This document shows, one piece after another, positions 28,716 to 38,348 of a stretch of DNA of 64,000 bases. Every line of letters starts with the position of its first letter. Positions within the stretch are counted from its first letter, which is position 1. Under the pieces are notes generated by a model, which worked only from the letters and a program-made list of their open reading frames with translations, made no database searches and was not told where the DNA came from. Origin of the DNA: Elusimicrobiota bacterium (GTDB lineage: Bacteria; Elusimicrobiota; Endomicrobiia; Endomicrobiales; JBDRNC01); contig JBDRNC010000017.1 in the NCBI GenBank assembly GCA_043811535.1, positions 189,121 to 253,120 on the forward strand, written 5' to 3'. The translations under genes were made by a program, and so were the position numbers.

Positions 28716-30467
28716 TTAATTGTTAATTGTAGGATACGCCGCTTCTTTGAGCAGTTCAGCGATGAAATCATCAGTTTTCTTGACGCCGAGGTCTTTATTT
28801 CCTCTCGCCCTTATCGCGACTGAATCAGATTCCTTTTCCTTGTCGCCTACAACCAATTGATAAGGCACCTTTTGCAGGCTGGCCTCGCGTATCTTGAGCC
28901 CGATTTTTTCGTTCCTGGCGTCAAGGCGCACGCGCAAGCCGGCGTCCTTCAGTTTCTTCACGACGCTCTCGGCGTATTCAAGCTGTTTCTCGGTGATATT
29001 CATAACGACTGCCTGTTCCGGAGCCAGCCAGACCGGAAAGGCGCCCGCGTAATGTTCAATAAGCACGCCGAAGAACCTTTCAAGCGAACCCATAAGCGCC
29101 CTGTGTATCATGTACGGGCGGGTCTTTTTGCCGGATTGGTCTATATAGGTCATGTCAAAACGGTCAGGAAGGTTAAAATCGAACTGTATTGTTGAACACT
29201 GCCACTCGCGGCCGATTGCGTCTTTTATCTTGATGTCTATCTTTGGGCCGTAAAAAACGCCGCCGCCCTCGTCAATAGTGCACTCAAGCCCTTCGGCTTT
29301 CACCGCTTCCTGCAGCGCCTTGGTGGCCTCTGCCCATTTCGTATCATCGCCGACGGCGTCAACTTTTGGTTTTGTGGCGATGTAGATATTGTATTCGCTG
29401 AATCCGAAGGCTTTAAGCATGTCAAGGCAGAACCGCAATACCCGCCTGATCTCGTCCGGCATCTGTTCCGGCGCGCAGATTAGGTGCGCGTCATCCTGGG
29501 TGAATCCCCTCACGCGCATGAGCCCGTGAAGAACGCCGCTTTTTTCGTAGCGGTAAACCGTTCCGAGTTCCGCCCAGCGTAAAGGCAGGTCCCTGTATGA
29601 ATAAAGCGAGTTGTTGTAAATCATTATGTGGAACGGGCAGTTCATCGGCTTCGCGTAGTAATCCTGAAGGTCAATCTTCATCGGGGCATACATATTGTCT
29701 TTATAGAACCCGAGATGACCGCTGGTCTCCCAGAGGTTGCTTCTTCCGATATGCGGAGTGTTTACGAGTTCGTATCCGTTAGTGAGATGCTGGGCGCGCC
29801 AGAAATTCTCAATCTCAAGGCGGATTCGGGCGCCTTTCGGATGCCATATCACAAGGCCCGGCCCGACCTCTTCATTTATCGAGAAAAGGTCAAGTTCCTT
29901 CCCCAGTTTCCTGTGGTCGCGTTTTTTTGCTTCTTCAAGCTTGAGAAGGTGCGCTTCCAGCTCTTCCTTGGTAGGAAAAACAGTGCCGTATATGCGCTGG
30001 AGCTGTTCCCTTTTTTCGTCTCCGCGCCAGTACGCGCCCGCTATGGAAAGCAGTTTGAAATGTTTTATGCGGCTGGTATAGTCTATATGCGGGCCGCGGC
30101 AAAGGTCGGTGAAACTGCCGGACTCGTAAAAGGTTACCTTATCGTCGGGAATGGTCTCTATGAGTTCAATCTTGTATTTCTCGCCCTTGCTCCTGAAATA
30201 CTCAAGCGCCTCGGGTTTGGATTTTGTGGAACAGACGAATTTGTGGTTGCCCTTGGCGATCTCCTTCATCTTTTCTTCAATTTTTGAAAGTTCGTCAGGG
30301 GTGAAGGGATTGGGCCTGTCGAAATCGTAATAGAAACCATCCTCTATCGACGGGCCGATGGCAACTTTGGTTTCCGGGAACAGCTCCACGACTGCCGCCG
30401 CCATAAGATGCGCGGTGGAGTGCCTTAGAGTGTCAATATCGAATCTGCTCTTTTTCTCTTCTTCCAT
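28716..30467 (-). CDS. thrS: Threonyl-tRNA synthetase (short N-terminus)
   Basis: RHSTAHLMA, DLCRGPH, RDHRKLG, KPMNCP, FYGPKID. Confidence 0.98.
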   Translation of the reverse strand: MEEEKKSRFDIDTLRHSTAHLMAAAVVELFPETKVAIGPSIEDGFYYDFDRPNPFTPDELSKIEEKMKEIAKGNHKFVCSTKSKPEALEYFRSKGEKYKIELIETIPDDKVTFYESGSFTDLCRGPHIDYTSRIKHFKLLSIAGAYWRGDEKREQLQRIYGTVFPTKEELEAHLLKLEEAKKRDHRKLGKELDLFSINEEVGPGLVIWHPKGARIRLEIENFWRAQHLTNGYELVNTPHIGRSNLWETSGHLGFYKDNMYAPMKIDLQDYYAKPMNCPFHIMIYNNSLYSYRDLPLRWAELGTVYRYEKSGVLHGLMRVRGFTQDDAHLICAPEQMPDEIRRVLRFCLDMLKAFGFSEYNIYIATKPKVDAVGDDTKWAEATKALQEAVKAEGLECTIDEGGGVFYGPKIDIKIKDAIGREWQCSTIQFDFNLPDRFDMTYIDQSGKKTRPYMIHRALMGSLERFFGVLIEHYAGAFPVWLAPEQAVVMNITEKQLEYAESVVKKLKDAGLRVRLDARNEKIGLKIREASLQKVPYQLVVGDKEKESDSVAIRARGNKDLGVKKTDDFIAELLKEAAYPTINN

Positions 30468-30618
30468 AAGTGTGTGCTGAGATTTGAAAGGAGATAGTTG
30501 ACCGCAGGTGAGATTTTACCGACAACTATTACCTAAATTTACGTCTTATACTGTATACGTTTCAAATAGCTACTCTCTACTTTCACCTGCTCTATCGCCT
30601 TTTTTGAAAGAAGGCGAT

Positions 30619-30691
30619 AGGTGCGGGTCGGAATTGAACCGACGAATGATGGTTTTGCAGACCACCCCCTTAGCCACTTGGGTACCGCACC
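30619..30691 (-). tRNA. tRNA-Cys(GCA)
   Basis: GGTGCGGTACCCAAGTGGCTAAGGGGGTGGTCTGCAAAACCATCATTCGTCGGTTCAATTCCGACCCGCACCT cloverleaf. Confidence 0.95.
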
Positions 30692-30702
30692 TTTGTGAAA
30701 TT

Positions 30703-30803
30703 TGGTGCCCGATACAGGACTCGCCTGCCCGCCGCAGCTATGTTGACGATGCGGCGAATAGCCGCGTCTATCGGCAACATGTCCAGCGCAGGCGGGAACC
30801 TGT
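30703..30803 (-). pseudogene. Duplicated 3' end of tRNA-Val (with CCA) interrupted by a 73-bp palindromic insert
   Basis: TGGTGCCCGATACAGGACTCG [30724-30796] AACCTGT matches the T-arm/acceptor of the tRNA at 30878. Confidence 0.8.
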
Positions 30804-30877
30804 ACCTGCCCGGAAGGGCAGGTCTTTGGGCAAACTGCTGTTCAAACCTGTCAAAATATCGCGTTTAGAGAAAGTAA

Positions 30878-30952
30878 TGCCCGATACAGGACTCGAACCT
30901 GTGACCTCTTCCATGTCAAGGAAGCGCTCTAACCAAACTGGGCTAACCGGGC
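30878..30952 (-). tRNA. tRNA-Val(GAC), island integration target
   Basis: GCCCGGT..CTTCC TTGACAT GGAAG..GGTTCGAGTCC..ATCGGGCA; no encoded CCA; one C.A mismatch in D stem. Confidence 0.95.
30911..30952. repeat. att repeat (left), 5' half of tRNA-Val
   Basis: CCATGTCAAGGAAGCGCTCTAACCAAACTGGGCTAACCGGGC. Confidence 0.92.
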
Positions 30953-31147
30953 ATTGACGTCGGATGAGCTTTACAATCTAATTCATCGACGGTAAAACTC
31001 AAATATATGTAAAAGAACTGACAATTTCTGAAAACTCCTGAACATCTAAAAAAGTGCGTGTTTTTGGGTTGATTACAGATAATTTACAGATGGAATTGCT
31101 TCAAATAGGGCCAAAAACAACATATCCTACATATATAGCGTTTATGG

Positions 31148-31176
31148 ATTATACAAAATATCCGGCTAAAATTCAA
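31148..31176 (-). promoter_or_regulatory. Island-encoded outward sigma70 promoter facing tRNA-Val/tRNA-Cys/thrS
   Basis: TTGAAT-17 nt-TATAAT. Confidence 0.6.
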
Positions 31177-31192
31177 ATATTAGTTGGTTAAA

Positions 31193-32537
31193 GGTATTGT
31201 ACAATAAAGTGTTGAAGTTTGGTTTGGTTTTCTTTTCTTTTTTGCTTCTTTTTTCTTTTAGAAGTTGACTCTCAAAAGAAAAGGGGCTATTCTCCTAGAT
31301 GTTATCGCGAAATAACCAAGGAGGTAGCCCATGAGCAGTTTAGCACAGTTGTACTTAAATGACAAGGATTTATCCGTTCGATGGTCGAACATCACCGAAG
31401 ATTTTACCGGTGAACTCAAGAAAGAGGCTCAAATAGCACTCAGGAAATTAATAACCACCAGCACGGAAATCCAGGTTCAGGATCTCATAGGTTCTGATAA
31501 ATGGCAGCACAACTATCAAAGAACTGTGTATCGCCACGGGTATCGCTCACGTGGGTTGCTTACCAGCTTCGGATACCTTGCTAATATCAGGGTCCCACGA
31601 ATAAGTTCAGGCAAGCTCAGCTTCAAGTGCTTTAAAGCATACAAGCAAAGGGCTTTCGATGTCGACGAACTAGTGCTTAAAATGTTCCTTGCCGGTGTAT
31701 CAACAAGAAGGGTCAAGGAAGTCCTTGAACCATTGCTCGGATACAACTGTATCAGTGCTTCTTCTGTTTCTGAAATCACAAAGAGCTTAAATGCCCAGGT
31801 CGATAAATATCATGCAAGACGGCTTGTTGATGATTATATCTATCTTATCGCTGACGGCGTATATTTCAACGTCAAAAACCCTGTATGGAAAAAGAGGCGC
31901 TGCGTGCTAGTCGTTTACGGCATCAAAGCAAACGGTATACGCGAACTTATTGACTTTGAACTTGCCTCAAATGGCGAATCGCAAATAGCTTGGGAGCGTT
32001 TCCTTAACCGCCTCTATCACAGGGGCCTTGAAGGCAAGAATCTTAACCTTGTTGTTCGTGACGGCAACAAGGGGCTTAAAAATGCCTTAAACAACGTATT
32101 CCTTAATGTCCTTCAGCAACCTTGCTGGGCTCATAAACTGCGTAATGTAGCCAATAAAGTATCAAAGAAACTTCAACCGCTCTGTTTAAGTCAGGCACGC
32201 GATATTTATTTAGCTTCTGATCATAGAGCCGCCCTTAGAATTTTCAAATCCTGGGCTAAAACATGGCAACCTATTGCTCCGGAAGCTGTCGCCTGTTTAA
32301 ATGAAGATATTTTTGATTTGCTCTCGTTTTTCAAAGAGCCTGAACACCTATGGCGTAAGCTTCGTACTTCCAACATCATTGAGCGTTGTTTCAGGGAAGT
32401 TCGCAGAAGAACAAGGCCCATGAGCTGCTTCCAAAATTCTGACAGTATTCAGCGTATTATTTACGCCATTTTCTTTAGACAAAACAATATTTGGGAGAAT
32501 AAGCCGATTAAACTTCCACGCAATTCTTGACATTACC
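31193..32537 (+). mobile_element. IS256-family insertion sequence
   Basis: Imperfect TIRs (GGTATTGTACAATAAAGTGTTGAAG / GGTAATGTCAAGAATTGCGTGGAAG); 9-bp TSD TTGGTTAAA at 31184-31192 and 32538-32546. Confidence 0.9.
31331..32530 (+). CDS. IS256-family DDE transposase
   Basis: YRHGYRSR, GVSTRRV, IADG, VRDG, QPCWAHKLRN, TSNIIERCFREVRRR. Confidence 0.95.
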   Translation: MSSLAQLYLNDKDLSVRWSNITEDFTGELKKEAQIALRKLITTSTEIQVQDLIGSDKWQHNYQRTVYRHGYRSRGLLTSFGYLANIRVPRISSGKLSFKCFKAYKQRAFDVDELVLKMFLAGVSTRRVKEVLEPLLGYNCISASSVSEITKSLNAQVDKYHARRLVDDYIYLIADGVYFNVKNPVWKKRRCVLVVYGIKANGIRELIDFELASNGESQIAWERFLNRLYHRGLEGKNLNLVVRDGNKGLKNALNNVFLNVLQQPCWAHKLRNVANKVSKKLQPLCLSQARDIYLASDHRAALRIFKSWAKTWQPIAPEAVACLNEDIFDLLSFFKEPEHLWRKLRTSNIIERCFREVRRRTRPMSCFQNSDSIQRIIYAIFFRQNNIWENKPIKLPRNS

Positions 32538-32625
32538 TTGGTTAAAAGGTGCAAAATGCGACTTTTAGCTGGGGCGGTACATGTCCGAAAACTAAGGGAA
32601 ATAGGTATGTGCATTAGCATTCCCC

Positions 32626-33573
32626 TTATAATTTATTGTCCCTTATTAGTCGCCAATAATAACGCCCCAACTTTGTTAGTTTGCAGGATTTTGAATTTTT
32701 TGCGGCAAAATACATATGTTCCTCGCCAACTGGTTCGACAAGCCCGGCATACCTCATCTTTTGCAAATCTCTAAATATTGTTTCTTTCGCCATATCGCGC
32801 GGTTCAAGTTCTGCCTCATATTCTGGGCCTAAAGGTAACTCTTCGGCAGGAAGCGGAAAATAGTCGATTACTTTCTTTAGAATTTTGTGTTCAATACAAG
32901 GTTTCGCATTTCGCAAGACGATGAATTGTGATACATTTGACTTGAACATTGGTCTTTGCCCCCAAGCCCCCATTGCGTTATCAATATATGCATAAGCACT
33001 AGCAGCGGTTACTTCACCGAGTAAACCGGCAGCCCCACCATCTAATGCTTCGACAAGTAATGAGGTGAATACTCCTCCACCTCCTTCTTCTAACGATGCT
33101 TGATTATCCCTTGTGGCCGTGATTATTGAAACACCTTCAGAAAGGATTATTCTGTCATTTTTTAATTCTGGAACTTCACCAAAAGCACCGCTGTTGCAGC
33201 AATCCAGTGTAATGAAGATGTTCTTGACTTCTGAATCATTCGCTAAAGATAGAACCTCGCTCATCGAAATACCAACATCGTAGCTCACAGAGTCAGGTGT
33301 TACAAGATATCCACCAATGCCGTTTAGAAGACCATGTCCTGAATAGTGTAAAAACGCGATATCAGCTGGAGAGCCAAACAATTCTGAGATAGCTTTTCGA
33401 ATAGCCGGTCTCGTTATTACCTGTGTTGGTGCAATCAAAGTTTTGCATTCAAAGTTCAATGTGCCATCATTGTGGTGAGAGAGTACCTTTGACATGCGCT
33501 TGGCATCATTCACGCAACCATTTAATGGTTTTGATGGATAATCATCAATACCAATAATAAGAGCCCTTTTCAT
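32626..33573 (-). CDS. Caspase-like protease effector (type IV Thoeris-like)
   Basis: RALIIGIDDY..LNGCVNDA, HYSGHG, LDCCNSG; coupled to the TIR gene. Confidence 0.85.
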   Translation of the reverse strand: MKRALIIGIDDYPSKPLNGCVNDAKRMSKVLSHHNDGTLNFECKTLIAPTQVITRPAIRKAISELFGSPADIAFLHYSGHGLLNGIGGYLVTPDSVSYDVGISMSEVLSLANDSEVKNIFITLDCCNSGAFGEVPELKNDRIILSEGVSIITATRDNQASLEEGGGGVFTSLLVEALDGGAAGLLGEVTAASAYAYIDNAMGAWGQRPMFKSNVSQFIVLRNAKPCIEHKILKKVIDYFPLPAEELPLGPEYEAELEPRDMAKETIFRDLQKMRYAGLVEPVGEEHMYFAAKNSKSCKLTKLGRYYWRLIRDNKL

Positions 33574-33965
33574 TATCGAGCTCCACTAATTAATGCCTTC
33601 AAATTATCCCAAGTCCATTTATAGACCTTGTCCTCTGATTTAGCAGTGGTGGGTTTGATACAGCCTTTATCTGAGTAAGCAGCTAGAAGAAAGTACGGCG
33701 TTTCCTTTTCCTGAGCAATCTTCACTTCGGCAGCAACGCCGGTTGCCTCATGTGTGTGCTCACCACATAGAACAATTACCACATCAATATTATCCATCCG
33801 ACGTTTAACTTTATCCTTCCAATCACCTGAAAGAGGTTCCTTTACCGAGGCATCGATGAAGTCAAACGGACTGTCAGACAGCCTGGCCTGCCCCGCAAGC
33901 ATGATCTTTGTACCTCCATCATGATCAACGTCGAAACTGATGAAAACCCTCTTTTTTGTTGCCAT
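33573..33965 (-). CDS. ThsB-like TIR domain protein
   Basis: KRVFISFD, DASVKEP, VIVLCGEHT, GVAAEV (catalytic Glu). Confidence 0.88.
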   Translation of the reverse strand: MATKKRVFISFDVDHDGGTKIMLAGQARLSDSPFDFIDASVKEPLSGDWKDKVKRRMDNIDVVIVLCGEHTHEATGVAAEVKIAQEKETPYFLLAAYSDKGCIKPTTAKSEDKVYKWTWDNLKALISGAR

Positions 33966-34028
33966 TTTTACCTTCCTTCACGTATTTGATTTGCCGATTT
34001 CCTTGCTCATTTTGTAGGTAATAAGAAG

Positions 34029-34676
34029 TTATGTTTTTTGGTAGTCACCTTGGAAACTTACATTCATTCCAAAGTAACCAGGTATATATTTTTCTGTTGC
34101 TTTTAGTCCATCTTCGGTTAATTCAAGTTTTATTTGATACTCTTTGTCACCGATTGCGTGTTTAAAATATATTATATTGCTTTTTAATTCTGTTTCAAAG
34201 TCAAGTTCACCAATGTTTGGCCCACATTCTCTTGTTTTACCCCAGAGAGCGAATCCTTGAACTTTGACTTTATTGTCTCCAAGATAGTGAATATCTAATT
34301 CTGCATTGCTATATTCACCATCTCGTATATAGTGTCCTGATATATTTTCATTTAATTCAGTTGTAATTTTATCAAAAGTAACCGGCTGTTTCCATAGAGT
34401 ATCAATTTTTTTATAAAGTTGTTTCCTGTATTCCTTTGCCTCACTCATTGTTATATTTTTGCTTTGCTTATTGGATGCATCGTATTGATTGTGATGATTT
34501 AAACAAAGATATGCTAAATTATCTTGCTCGTTGTTTGACGGATTGCGGTCGAGATGAGCAATTTGCCCGGCTTTCTGCTGAATGTCATGGTCGAGTCCAA
34601 AACATAGGCAACACCGCCTACGTGATGACAGCAGAATAATAGTTTCAGTAGTTACATTTAGCTTTTTTCTAGTCAT
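34029..34676 (-). CDS. HNH-nuclease-like protein
   Basis: RRRCCLCF...QIAHLDRNPSNNEQDNLAYLCLNHHNQYD plus a C-terminal beta domain. Confidence 0.7.
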   Translation of the reverse strand: MTRKKLNVTTETIILLSSRRRCCLCFGLDHDIQQKAGQIAHLDRNPSNNEQDNLAYLCLNHHNQYDASNKQSKNITMSEAKEYRKQLYKKIDTLWKQPVTFDKITTELNENISGHYIRDGEYSNAELDIHYLGDNKVKVQGFALWGKTRECGPNIGELDFETELKSNIIYFKHAIGDKEYQIKLELTEDGLKATEKYIPGYFGMNVSFQGDYQKT

Positions 34677-34896
34677 TTTATTGTATAATTTAAGTAGTTA
34701 CTTGCATAAAAACTAACTCCCAATATTACACACGATAAAGGAACACTTGTCATGAAAAATAACCTATCTTCCATAATTGATTTCCAAATACTATCTATTA
34801 CTATATTCTACTAATGATAATACTATTTTACATAATTTGTGTTGCTTTGTTTAAATAGCATAGATATTTTTAAATATCATATTCCCCATAATTGGT

Positions 34897-36426
34897 ATGA
34901 CAAATAATAGCGTTTTCTTTGATAAAATACGGCGTCGAAATATATTAGAACATATTAGTAATATATGTATTCCTGATAGTATCTCTAGAATAATTGAAAG
35001 TCAAAGCGCAACAGAATTTGAAAAATACCTTGCTATTAATGTACTTAAAATTGAAATGTCGGTACGACCTAAATTCGCAAGAATAATTGAATTCATTTCT
35101 TCCGGTTGCAGTGGACTATCCGCTCTTTTGTTTAAATCAAATCTTCGTAATTACACCGTGAGTCAATTTCAGATAGGAATACTAACTTCTCTTCAATGGA
35201 CAAGGTCAAAAATTAGTATTATAAACTATTTTAAAAGATTCGTACTCCTACTTAGCTCTAAAGGGAGTTGTAGGATTTTTAAAATTGGTGTCCATAAATT
35301 CCTGAAATCATATAAAGATCGCTCAAAAGATATATTTACCGAATTTGCAATATTTTACAATGGGATGAATACAAGTTCAGAACTTTTCGCACCTTATTAT
35401 GAAGTACTAAATGAATTAATGAGAAAATACGACCTTCACTATGACATCGAAAGACTTTATAATCCTATTGCCGAGTTTACTTTACCGATGGGATTAAATA
35501 TTACGAATAATAGAAGCTCTATTAAATCATGTATTGATGAGCGAATTAATTTAAGGCTAGATAAAATTAAATCATTAATTGCTCATGGCGACAATTTGTG
35601 TGCAGTACTGATATTATGCAGCGTAAGCAAACGAATGATAATATATTCTCATTCATATGGATCGAAAATTAAGCCTTGTCCCGTTATTGAGTCGGAGCGT
35701 GTTATTGGATCACTAGTAAAAATTCCTCTATATTCTGCTTACATTGAAAAATACAATTCTAATCCTAATGATGTATTTATAGATAAACCGATATCAATAT
35801 CATGGAAAAACACGATTATCACTCCTAAGAATGCCGATAAAAGATATCGGGGAGATGTGACTCTTGAATATGCATTTGCAAATTCCATTAATACTATTGC
35901 CATTCAAATAGTTAATAAAGTAGGAGTAGACAATTTTATTAGCTATCTTAGAAAATGTGGAATAAAGTGTCCGCTTCCTTACAATCCATTGCTAGCATTG
36001 GGTCCAATAAAATTGACTGGTTATGAAGTTTTATCGACTTTATCTCCGATATTAAACAGTGGACATTTATCGGTTCCAATGAATAAGTATATTTCAGCCC
36101 CAATCAATAATGGTGAGCTATTAATCTCTAAGAGAACAGTGAATCTTATGAGCCAATTGTTAGGTTCTACTATACAATACGGTACGGGTAAATATCTAGC
36201 GTCCTATAAAAAAATAGTAACGGGCGGTAAAACGGGTACAAGTGACGGTAATAAGGATTTATGGTTTATAGGAATTCATAATTCGGACATCTATGGATTA
36301 GTCTGGTTGGGTTTTGCGGATGAACAACCTATTCGGAGTCTTGATAATTATCCTACATCCGCATCGCGTTATGCTGTTCCACTTTGGTCTAGTTTATTAG
36401 ACTTATCCTTGAATGAATTAACGTAG
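34897..36426 (+). CDS. Penicillin-binding/transpeptidase-domain protein without evident membrane anchor
   Basis: SxxK (GSLVK), SxN (NSIN), KTG (GKTGTS), DLWFIG. Confidence 0.75.
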   Translation: MTNNSVFFDKIRRRNILEHISNICIPDSISRIIESQSATEFEKYLAINVLKIEMSVRPKFARIIEFISSGCSGLSALLFKSNLRNYTVSQFQIGILTSLQWTRSKISIINYFKRFVLLLSSKGSCRIFKIGVHKFLKSYKDRSKDIFTEFAIFYNGMNTSSELFAPYYEVLNELMRKYDLHYDIERLYNPIAEFTLPMGLNITNNRSSIKSCIDERINLRLDKIKSLIAHGDNLCAVLILCSVSKRMIIYSHSYGSKIKPCPVIESERVIGSLVKIPLYSAYIEKYNSNPNDVFIDKPISISWKNTIITPKNADKRYRGDVTLEYAFANSINTIAIQIVNKVGVDNFISYLRKCGIKCPLPYNPLLALGPIKLTGYEVLSTLSPILNSGHLSVPMNKYISAPINNGELLISKRTVNLMSQLLGSTIQYGTGKYLASYKKIVTGGKTGTSDGNKDLWFIGIHNSDIYGLVWLGFADEQPIRSLDNYPTSASRYAVPLWSSLLDLSLNELT

Positions 36427-36968
36427 AACTTAATTAATAGGGTCCCTGCAAAAACTAATAGAGCCCATATAGAATCCGCCAATAAATGATTAAAAATTGC
36501 TTTAGTGTCAATATAAGCACCAATTTCATTTGCTCTCATCCAATATCCGAACTGAACGACAGATACGGAAAATTGCGCCCCAGCGGATCCTAGAAAACTA
36601 AAAAATACTATTACTAAAATATGCAATAGGTATAGTTTTGACTTTTTCGTCTGATAAATTGGACTTATCAATTCTGGATTATAAAAATCAGGCCAGACTA
36701 ATGAAAAAGCAGAAAAGAAACCAACTGCCAACCCATAGTATAATATTGGTTCAGGAAAACTTTCGAAATTCGCCCAAATACCAATAAGAAATCCCGTAAA
36801 TAGTAGAATAGATATGCGGAATAAAAGACCCATATAAGATATTTCCGCATCAATACCATCGATCAATCGGCCAAAATAAAAGTAGTGTTTTGGCATAATT
36901 CGCTTCTGGATTTTTAAAAGCCACATAGTGGTCATGCTCATAACAAATATTGCCACATATTGTTCCAT
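36369..36968 (-). CDS. Hypothetical multi-TM membrane protein
   Basis: Several hydrophobic segments; GAGGA RBS. Confidence 0.65.
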   Translation of the reverse strand: MEQYVAIFVMSMTTMWLLKIQKRIMPKHYFYFGRLIDGIDAEISYMGLLFRISILLFTGFLIGIWANFESFPEPILYYGLAVGFFSAFSLVWPDFYNPELISPIYQTKKSKLYLLHILVIVFFSFLGSAGAQFSVSVVQFGYWMRANEIGAYIDTKAIFNHLLADSIWALLVFAGTLLIKFYVNSFKDKSNKLDQSGTA

Positions 36969-37102
36969 GTATCCTCACTTTGCTAGTATTATTTTATACT
37001 TCTAAATATAATTTATTTTAACTGATATTAACCACAATATGTGCCGACCATATGGGGAGTCATTATACCGTTGCCTATATCAATCTTGTATTACTCGTAT
37101 GA

Positions 37103-37777
37103 TTATATGGGTAATGCGTCTTCATCAAATCGTTGTATTCCACACTTTGTTAAAAACCTATTAATTGGCACCTTTAAAGAATCGCAATTCAGATTGTCTC
37201 TGTTCGATACTGGATAAGTAATATCTATTGAATCTTCTTTAAAGTAATATGAACGGTTTGCTTTGGTAGCCAATTCTATATTTGAGACAACTATCATTTT
37301 TTCGGCAACATTCTTTAGGGCCAAAACAACTTCAATCTTTTCTGAATAATTTATTTTCTTATATATAAGTTTTGCAATACTGCAAAAGTCTCCACAATAT
37401 CCTAATACGAATTCCGGGCGAACTACTTCCGAAGTGTCTAAAGGAGAGAAAGCTGGAACACCGCAAACTACCATTCCATTTTTTAACAGTTTTATAAAAC
37501 TTATAGGCCTATCTGAATCGCCCATATAGTAATAAAAGAAGTCCGCACTGTAGCCTTCGGGCAGTAAACGATAACTTTTTACCCCAGGAGCAAAAAAGTT
37601 AAGACCAATAACTTCATTTGATAACCACGTCGAAAATGCTTTATTATTATATGGTATCTCTATTTCGTTATTGGGTATGGTGCTAAAAATGAGCCATGGG
37701 GTAATGACTGTATCAGTTTCTTTTATACGAGGAACAATTACATTCTCAAATTGATTTGATTTGCTCTCCATTTTCAT
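37103..37777 (-). CDS. Hypothetical protein
   Basis: Long ORF in AT-rich DNA; GGGAG RBS; overlaps upstream gene. Confidence 0.55.
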   Translation of the reverse strand: MKMESKSNQFENVIVPRIKETDTVITPWLIFSTIPNNEIEIPYNNKAFSTWLSNEVIGLNFFAPGVKSYRLLPEGYSADFFYYYMGDSDRPISFIKLLKNGMVVCGVPAFSPLDTSEVVRPEFVLGYCGDFCSIAKLIYKKINYSEKIEVVLALKNVAEKMIVVSNIELATKANRSYYFKEDSIDITYPVSNRDNLNCDSLKVPINRFLTKCGIQRFDEDALPI

Positions 37778-38348
37778 CTTTAAACTCCCTTTTGACAATT
37801 TCTCCCGTTTTAGCATCTACCGTAATAAAATCATAGGTTGCAATATGCGTTCCCATATCTTCAGCGACTCTAACAACATAAACAGGGTTTTCAACATTCT
37901 TGTTGAGATAGGGTTCTGGACCATCACACATGTATATAAGTTTTTTGACTCTACTTTTGAGATTAATAACATCCTGTAAGTTAGCAGCTGTGCTTATGGC
38001 ATCACCTTTGGATATAATATCTTTAGTAACCAGTTTTGGCTTAATTCCAAGCGCTTCTAATTCCATTAAAGGTTTATTGAGAGCTTTTTTAATTAATTCG
38101 GGAGTATCAAGTGCAATCATGATAAGTTGGATGTCTCTTTTTGCTGATCCAATTTCCTTGTCTCTTAATTCAATTTTGGCGTCCATTCCTAATATATTTA
38201 TGCTAAATTTCTTCAGATTGCGTCCAAATAATAACCCTATTATCAATAACAACGATAAGCATAAGATTATTACAAAAGCTTCCATTATGCAGAAATAAAT
38301 AATTAGGAGTATGATCACCACTGTAACTATGATCTCTTTAATATTCAT
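37746..38348 (-). CDS. Hypothetical membrane-anchored protein
   Basis: N-terminal hydrophobic helices; C-terminal ITVDAKTGEI (PepSY-like tail). Confidence 0.55.
   Translation of the reverse strand: MNIKEIIVTVVIILLIIYFCIMEAFVIILCLSLLLIIGLLFGRNLKKFSINILGMDAKIELRDKEIGSAKRDIQLIMIALDTPELIKKALNKPLMELEALGIKPKLVTKDIISKGDAISTAANLQDVINLKSRVKKLIYMCDGPEPYLNKNVENPVYVVRVAEDMGTHIATYDFITVDAKTGEIVKREFKDENGEQIKSI

Noticed and set aside
28716..30467. thrS as a truncated pseudogene
   Set aside because: Editing, catalytic and anticodon domains are intact; short-N-terminus ThrRS forms are known
30468..30618. T-box leader for thrS
   Set aside because: No T-box consensus or terminator/antiterminator found
30508..30957. 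149-aa ORF
   Set aside because: Antisense across two tRNA genes
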